This document shows positions 58,194-64,000 of a stretch of 64,000 bases of DNA, one piece after another. The notes beneath the pieces are model-generated. The model did no database searches. It had not been told where the DNA came from and saw only the letters and a list, made by a program, of their open reading frames with translations. The translations under genes and the position numbers were made by a program. The number at the start of each line of letters is the position of its first letter. Position 1 is the first letter of the stretch. Source of the DNA: Flavobacteriales bacterium (GTDB taxonomy: Bacteria > Bacteroidota > Bacteroidia > UBA10329); NCBI GenBank assembly GCA_016124845.1, contig WGMW01000004.1, forward strand, positions 4,242 through 68,241, written 5' to 3'.

Positions 58194-59285
58194 ATGAAAA
58201 CCTCTGAAGTAGCCGAACATTTTACACCCCTCGATAGAAGCGTGCTCGAAGGTGAGCACCCTTACTACGAGTACTTCAAGTACCTGAAATTTGCGTTGGA
58301 GCAGTTCATCAACTCGGTTGACAACTACCAAGGAGATGAACCCTACGAGGCCGCGATCATCAAAGATTTCTCACAGAAGTTCCTGAATTCCATCGAGGTG
58401 CTTTCGCTGAAGTACGCATTCAATGAAACACACCCGATGTTGATCGACCTGACGGAATCAGGGTTTCCGAATCACATGGAGTTCAAGCGGCTGGAGGACG
58501 ACCTGCAGCGCAAAGCGGATGAGCTGAAAGAAGGACCATCGGTGGAAACACTCAAAACGTTGATCCTGGATCAGATGATCCGAAGCAAGACCGAGCCCGT
58601 ACGGTTGTTGAAACAGATCAGCAAGCGTTCGTATTTTGAGATGATCGATGGACGGAAACTTTTCAAGGAATTCGTTTCGGGGCCGTTGAAGCTCATCTCG
58701 AAGGGAAATGACTTCAACTGGCGCTATCTGTACAGTTGGGGTTCGTTCGATAGTGTCACCAATCGGCCGTACATCTACATTCTCGTGTTCGACCATCATC
58801 GCGAAGATGCAGAAGCGGAAAAAGCCCTCCACAGCTTCGGTTTTGTGGACAGCATCCGGAAGACCACGCACAACACCGCACCGCTAAAGGTGATGATCTC
58901 GGATATTGACGCATTGAGCGAACTCATTATGCCCAAGGTGCTGAAGCGCATTGCCATTGGCCCGATCTACGGAGCCTATGCACAGGATGAGCATCCGTTC
59001 ACAACCATGCTCAAAAAGCGGTTCGATTACAAGGATTTCATCTTCCGCTACGATGCGGAGGTCATTTTCTCCATCGGTCAATCTCGCAAAGAGAGTTTTC
59101 TCTCCAAAGGGGAACTGCGGCAGATATTCTATATCGATGAATCGAACAAGGAGTGCATGGAAAAGATGATCTCTCGCCTCAACAAATACAGCATTACCAG
59201 CCATGCGGTGTGGCAACATCTGAGCGAATATCATCCCGAAGCACTGAATGAACTGGTAGTGCAGCCATACATATATCATCATTGA
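58194..59285 (+). CDS. hypothetical protein (operon gene 2)
   Basis: 363 aa, soluble, no recognisable motif. Starts 19 nt after gene 1. Confidence 0.6.
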   Translation: MKTSEVAEHFTPLDRSVLEGEHPYYEYFKYLKFALEQFINSVDNYQGDEPYEAAIIKDFSQKFLNSIEVLSLKYAFNETHPMLIDLTESGFPNHMEFKRLEDDLQRKADELKEGPSVETLKTLILDQMIRSKTEPVRLLKQISKRSYFEMIDGRKLFKEFVSGPLKLISKGNDFNWRYLYSWGSFDSVTNRPYIYILVFDHHREDAEAEKALHSFGFVDSIRKTTHNTAPLKVMISDIDALSELIMPKVLKRIAIGPIYGAYAQDEHPFTTMLKKRFDYKDFIFRYDAEVIFSIGQSRKESFLSKGELRQIFYIDESNKECMEKMISRLNKYSITSHAVWQHLSEYHPEALNELVVQPYIYHH

Positions 59286-61246
59286 TGGAGAAAACAGACT
59301 CATCCTTACTGATCATTAAAGAAGAATACCTTGAAGAGTTCAAGGAGGAAGTAACCGGTTATTTGAAAACCGTTGGTTGGGTGGCCGATGTCAATAAGAC
59401 CAAAAGCGATATCGATCTTTCCTTTCTCATTCAGGCTGGTAAAGCTCTGAACCTGAACGAGACGGATGAACTTTCCATCATCCGCAACGCGGTTCGCATC
59501 AGCAACGACCGCGTCATTCTTTCCACTACGTCAAGCGTCATCCTCAATGCCCTGAAAAAGGGCTATTGTCTTGGAAAATATGTGGGCGATCAGTACAGCC
59601 GTGCCTGTGGTTTGGAACTTCTCATCCAAAAGAACAAGGACGGAAGTTTGCATCAGTCCGAACTGCCCGAATTTCACGATAAGTCGCAGACACAGGCGGC
59701 CGTGGTGTTGATGGTCGCTTCGAGTTACGTGCAATTTGCGCTTCGCGATCATCTGGCCGATGAAACGTCTTCCATCAACATCGATTTCAACGGAATTCCG
59801 GAAGTGAACCTGAACCGTCCGTCAAAGGCCATTCAGTGTTCGTTGTATTACTACGCGGCCTACCTCGAACGTTCGGGTGTGGTGAACGGTGATCTGGACT
59901 TCCTCAAGATCACCGAACTCTATTTCCAGCGATTGAGCGAAGAGGTGAAACTTCGCAAAGACGGCTTCAAATACGTGGAGCCGTTCATAGAGAACCATTA
60001 CAAATTGGAAAAGACCGATTTTGTGGTTCAAGGCTTCGAAACCATGTCAACAAGTGTGACGGTCGGCATGAGTTTCAACCCCACGCGGATGGAAGACATT
60101 GTGGCCAACAAGCAGGCCAAGCACCTTTTTCAGCGTTATGCCGAACGTCTTCTCTGCTACGATCTGGAAACCAAGCGGAATCCGTTGAACGAGTTGGGCG
60201 GACTGCCGAATGTGACCATGGCAGACGGTAAACCCGGAACGGGAAAAAGTATGCTTATTGCAGCCACCGCAACGTTGCTCAAGGAACGCTGCGACCTGCT
60301 CGGGTACGACTTCCTTTTCTGGCCGCTGCCAGAGAATATCGTTTCCACTTACCAAGGCGGAACGGCCGAGCGGGCCATGGAGTGGTTCAAACCCATTCAA
60401 GACCCAACCAAGATCATTTTTGCGCCCATTGATGATGCGGAGAACAACTTGGAGGAACGTACCCGCCAAGGCGTTTCGGCCGGGGTCCGTGAGTTCATTG
60501 GCGTGTTCCTGAGAAATACCGAAGGAGCTTATGCGGTGAACTATGGCAACCGTCTCATCAGCCTGTTCACCAACATTCCCGATCAGATTGATAAAGCGGT
60601 GCTTTCCCGCATTCAGATGCGTGTAAAAATGGATGGTGCCGGAACAGACAGAGACTTTATTGATCAGGATTACCTGTGGTGGCGGAAGTACGAGAAACTT
60701 GAACAAGGCTTCGTCAACTCGCCTCCGCCAAAAGGCTACGAATACATGGCCGCTCAGAAGCGACCTGAATCGCTGAATGAACTGCTGCATCACAATTATG
60801 AGTTTACCAATGAGGATGTAAAGGCCATTTTTGATGAGACGATGGCCAACGCAGGTTCCACTTCGCACGATTTCTTCGGTGATCTCTATGCCGCCATCCA
60901 ACGGAAATATCCATTCTTCTCATCTCGCGATCTACGAAACATTCAGAAAGCCGTGGATGCGCGTGTGATCGATTTCGATCTTCCCGAAATATGGTGGGAG
61001 AAACCGGAGGATTTCTTCCTGAAGGATTACGACACCAAGGTGGAAATGCTAAAGGTGCTGATGAAGGAAAACCTGAAGGGCTCCAATTTCTCGCAACTTC
61101 GGTTGTACGAGGCGTTGAATTACATCGAAACATCCATCCGCATCAACGAAACGGGCATCAACCGTGAGATAAAGGAAGCGGCCAAGCGACTGTACATACA
61201 GGGCGAGGCGCGCGAAATGGCAAGCAAAGGTCAGATCCATGATTAG
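59285..61246 (+). CDS. AAA+ ATPase with a ~300-aa N-terminal domain of unknown function (operon gene 3)
   Basis: Walker A GKPGTGKS, Walker B-like IIFAPIDDAE, and a sensor-1 region. Classical-AAA-like features. ATG overlaps the gene 2 stop (TGATG). Confidence 0.75.
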   Translation: MEKTDSSLLIIKEEYLEEFKEEVTGYLKTVGWVADVNKTKSDIDLSFLIQAGKALNLNETDELSIIRNAVRISNDRVILSTTSSVILNALKKGYCLGKYVGDQYSRACGLELLIQKNKDGSLHQSELPEFHDKSQTQAAVVLMVASSYVQFALRDHLADETSSINIDFNGIPEVNLNRPSKAIQCSLYYYAAYLERSGVVNGDLDFLKITELYFQRLSEEVKLRKDGFKYVEPFIENHYKLEKTDFVVQGFETMSTSVTVGMSFNPTRMEDIVANKQAKHLFQRYAERLLCYDLETKRNPLNELGGLPNVTMADGKPGTGKSMLIAATATLLKERCDLLGYDFLFWPLPENIVSTYQGGTAERAMEWFKPIQDPTKIIFAPIDDAENNLEERTRQGVSAGVREFIGVFLRNTEGAYAVNYGNRLISLFTNIPDQIDKAVLSRIQMRVKMDGAGTDRDFIDQDYLWWRKYEKLEQGFVNSPPPKGYEYMAAQKRPESLNELLHHNYEFTNEDVKAIFDETMANAGSTSHDFFGDLYAAIQRKYPFFSSRDLRNIQKAVDARVIDFDLPEIWWEKPEDFFLKDYDTKVEMLKVLMKENLKGSNFSQLRLYEALNYIETSIRINETGINREIKEAAKRLYIQGEAREMASKGQIHD

Positions 61247-62507
61247 ACTGATCGAGTCGAAGCTGTTTGGCGACCGCCTTTTTTACATCGACAGTGCGTT
61301 GATGCAGAAGCGCTACAACCGATGTTTGGAGGACATTGGAATTGAACCCACCAAGCTCAAGAATTTCCACGTGGACGGTTGGGGCTGGAGCCCCGAAATA
61401 GCCAAGGAGAAGGACGATCGATTCTACCTGTCTCACGGACTCGCCAATCCGTTTGCCATTATCGTTTCTCCCGATCAGAAAGACTGCCCCGTGTACATGC
61501 CTTACCACACGTTTGATTGGGAGATACACAGACGTGTTTTCGAAAACTATGCGTTGCAGATAGAGGACATCACCTCGCTTAATGCCATTTGGTTCGAATT
61601 GGATCAGAACATCAGCTCCTACCGATCGCCACAGGATCTGTTGATGATGGAGGTGGTGAATCTGAAATTTAATGTGGCCGGGGATCTTGCAACTGCTGCA
61701 GCCGAACAGAAAAAACTGGTCGGCACATACCTCACCGAACCCCGTAGTTGGATGAACGCTGAACTTCGCGAACAGATCATTGCAAGTAGCAAGAAACACG
61801 GAGATCTACGCTACCGCAATCTCGATATGCCAGATTTCCCATTTTCAAATCTGTCTTCTTATTACACCTTGGCGTTCAACGGCATGTTCGTGTTCAAAAA
61901 GACCGCGGGCGGCAAACCCATCCTGATCTTCGAAGACAACTCGTCTGAGATGAGCGGGAACGGCAATCACTTGCACATTGAGTTCAATTTGGAGGACAAG
62001 AGCTTCATCCCCTACCTCTACAATTTGGATCTTTTGGACAGCGAAACGGATTGTTTTCTGGATCATATTGAGTTGCTTGAGTTGCAGTTGGAACACATGA
62101 TCGTTTCTGCGGCCATGCAATTGGACGAAACCATTCCGGTGGACAAGATGACGCGCACGCAGCGAAAAGGACTGATCGGAAAATTGGAGAGCGCGTCCTT
62201 GCTGGATGAAAACTATTTCGAACTCGAAATGGTGATCAATAAACTGGTAAATGGCCCGGATAAAGTTCGGATATCGGAAAAGCTGAACCAGTACATGCTG
62301 CAACCACACGTTACAACCACTCCCGAACAGAAAACCGTACTCTGGCACCTGATCTCCAAGGTGCAGAAAAACAACCCGGTGCTACAATTTGCTTTCGATA
62401 AGACCTCGTTCTATCAAGAATACCAAACATGGAAGCCCCCAATGCAGGAATGGGCGATCGGTTGTATATTGAGAAACCGAGGCATTTACGCTAAACTCAT
62501 CAAATAA
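61239..62507 (+). CDS. hypothetical protein (operon gene 4)
   Basis: 422 aa. Overlaps gene 3 by 8 nt. Confidence 0.6.
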   Translation: MIRLIESKLFGDRLFYIDSALMQKRYNRCLEDIGIEPTKLKNFHVDGWGWSPEIAKEKDDRFYLSHGLANPFAIIVSPDQKDCPVYMPYHTFDWEIHRRVFENYALQIEDITSLNAIWFELDQNISSYRSPQDLLMMEVVNLKFNVAGDLATAAAEQKKLVGTYLTEPRSWMNAELREQIIASSKKHGDLRYRNLDMPDFPFSNLSSYYTLAFNGMFVFKKTAGGKPILIFEDNSSEMSGNGNHLHIEFNLEDKSFIPYLYNLDLLDSETDCFLDHIELLELQLEHMIVSAAMQLDETIPVDKMTRTQRKGLIGKLESASLLDENYFELEMVINKLVNGPDKVRISEKLNQYMLQPHVTTTPEQKTVLWHLISKVQKNNPVLQFAFDKTSFYQEYQTWKPPMQEWAIGCILRNRGIYAKLIK

Positions 62508-63031
62508 TGGATACGCTCCTTGCATTTTTCATTGGTCTTGCCGCTGGCATCGCCTACTATTTTCTGGATTATAAAAGTCTGACCAACAGCTATCGAAGTT
62601 GGTACAAACTGACGCACAAAGACCCGTTGCCAAATGATGTGGAGCAAGGGTTTGTGTATGCGCAGCCTTTCTCCGGCAAGCTCTATAGTGCCGTTTTCAT
62701 TGCCATGATCATCACAGTAATCATCATTCTGACAGGAAGCGCAAATATTCTCATCCAGTTGCTTTATGGTGTTTTCATCATGGTCGGACTGATGGTGTCG
62801 TTTTACCTCGCTCCGCTCATTTTCCGACATGCGCCTTCCAATGTCTCCAAGCTGAAAAAGCACTTGGATAGAATTGATGAGATGGAAGCGGACCTCAAGA
62901 CCGATAAATTGGAAGAGAAACCTCAGCCGGTCGAACCTGCAAAACCAGAATTGGAGGAAGGGAAAAAACCGGGTGAAGACAAGAAGGATGACGACTGGCG
63001 CAAGGGCATTAAAGATTATTTGAATGGCTGA
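62507..63031 (+). CDS. hypothetical membrane protein with a K/E/D-rich tail (operon gene 5)
   Basis: 174 aa, 3 TM helices. Start overlaps the gene 4 stop (TAATG). Confidence 0.6.
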   Translation: MDTLLAFFIGLAAGIAYYFLDYKSLTNSYRSWYKLTHKDPLPNDVEQGFVYAQPFSGKLYSAVFIAMIITVIIILTGSANILIQLLYGVFIMVGLMVSFYLAPLIFRHAPSNVSKLKKHLDRIDEMEADLKTDKLEEKPQPVEPAKPELEEGKKPGEDKKDDDWRKGIKDYLNG

Positions 63032-64000
63032 GCAGACTCAAACGCCCGAAGAGGACAAGAACCGTATCTACTGGTTCTTCCATAACCTCAGAACCCGTAT
63101 TGGCGGTGCCATTAAAGGTTGGATGAAACGACATCCGATCTGGGTTGTCATCCTTTTTCTCATTGCTCTCTATACGCTTTTTGTCGACCGAGGGAGTGTT
63201 CAACCGCTTGTACTCTTGGTACGACAATATTTGGCATTGGTGATCCTGATCTTGTTGGTATTCGGCCTGTTCGCACTTTTCATCCGAAAACGGACCTGGA
63301 AACAGGCCATTGTTCCTTCAATTCTCTTTTTGGCATTTTTGGTGTTGAGCTGGTTTGTGGGCCCATACGTTCACAATTACTTCAGTCTTTACATTCATTA
63401 CGCAAAGTTGAACAAGGTGGAGCTGGCCGAAATGCCCATCTCGGGTCACGAACGGATTCAACCTGTCAATTCCATTCGCACGTTGATCAACCAAGAGGCA
63501 TTGAGTGAAACAGAGGATGCCACAAACCCGCGCTTCACCAAAGGAGCAGACGGAAACTACTACTTCACAGCAGCTGTTGGGCCCGCCACTCATTATTGGA
63601 TCCAACGGTTCAGCAAGCACATGTACGAAGTGCTGAATGTTCCGGCAAATCTGCCGTCACCGGTTTTTGACAGTAAGCATCGCTCCAAGGTCAATTTCGA
63701 GATCGGGGAGCAACTTCTTTTCAGCCATAAGACCGAAAATGCGGTCATCAAACGTTTCGGTATCGATGCTTTTCTGAACTGCGAACCGGCTGAACCGCTC
63801 TACCTTCGCGATGATTCTGGCAATTGGGTACAGGTGGTTCCGATCGTTCGTTGGACGGGTTTCTTTTTTCCGCGACCCGTGTTCGGTGGTGTATACATCA
63901 TTCAGCAGGAGGGGGGCGATGACAATTACTTTAAACGCGTTCTTTTAGGAAAGGGAGACTTCATTTCGCCAGAGGAAATTGCACAGCACAGCTATCTTTC
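63029..64000 (+). CDS. hypothetical membrane protein, N-terminal 324 aa (operon gene 6; continues beyond the window)
   Basis: Not in the ORF track because it has no stop in the window. Read by hand from ATG 63029 (ATGGCTGA overlap with the gene 5 stop), open to the window end. Three TM helices, then a soluble domain. Confidence 0.5.

Noticed and set aside
1-64000. CRISPR arrays, rRNA genes, insertion-sequence transposases
   Set aside because: No regularly spaced direct repeats of CRISPR type and no rRNA-like conserved stretches were seen. The only recombinases are the integrase and serine recombinase inside the integrated element; no DDE transposase was recognised.

Overview
This 64 kb window is a Bacteroidota-type chromosomal segment, judged from type IX secretion C-terminal sorting domains, an IPExxxVDY-family protein, Bacteroidetes-style promoter motifs and tight gene packing. 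Most of it is housekeeping (hppD fragment, tsaB, HlyD/TolC efflux pair, acpP-fabF-rnc, pyk, M42 peptidase, icd, dxr, rseP, trkAH, metG, rluB, ldcA) plus two type II toxin-antitoxin pairs (hicAB, parDE). Three accessory points stand out. (1) A ~6.6 kb integrative element (43110-49752) sits in tRNA-Arg(CCT), flanked by a 42-nt duplication of the 5' part of the tRNA. It carries a tyrosine integrase, a serine recombinase, an XRE regulator, a ParB/Srx-like protein and three near-identical hairpins. (2) Next to it lies a tRNA-rich region with a WYL-PhyH fusion regulator and an array of degenerate tRNA-like fragments. (3) From 56805 to the window end a translationally coupled six-gene operon of unknown function encodes a long coiled-coil protein, a 363-aa unknown, a large AAA+ ATPase, a 422-aa unknown and two membrane proteins. 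It follows an SPFH / universal stress protein / transporter cluster and is my best candidate for an undescribed system. Other points of note are a standalone protein with a HEPN-type RNxxxH motif and a C-terminal zinc ribbon (1959-3086), a frameshifted serpin-like gene, repeated palindromic intergenic elements, and an element near rnc bounded by 14-bp inverted repeats. No CRISPR array or rRNA was seen. All calls rest on reading the sequence and the ORF track and recalling protein families; no searches were run.
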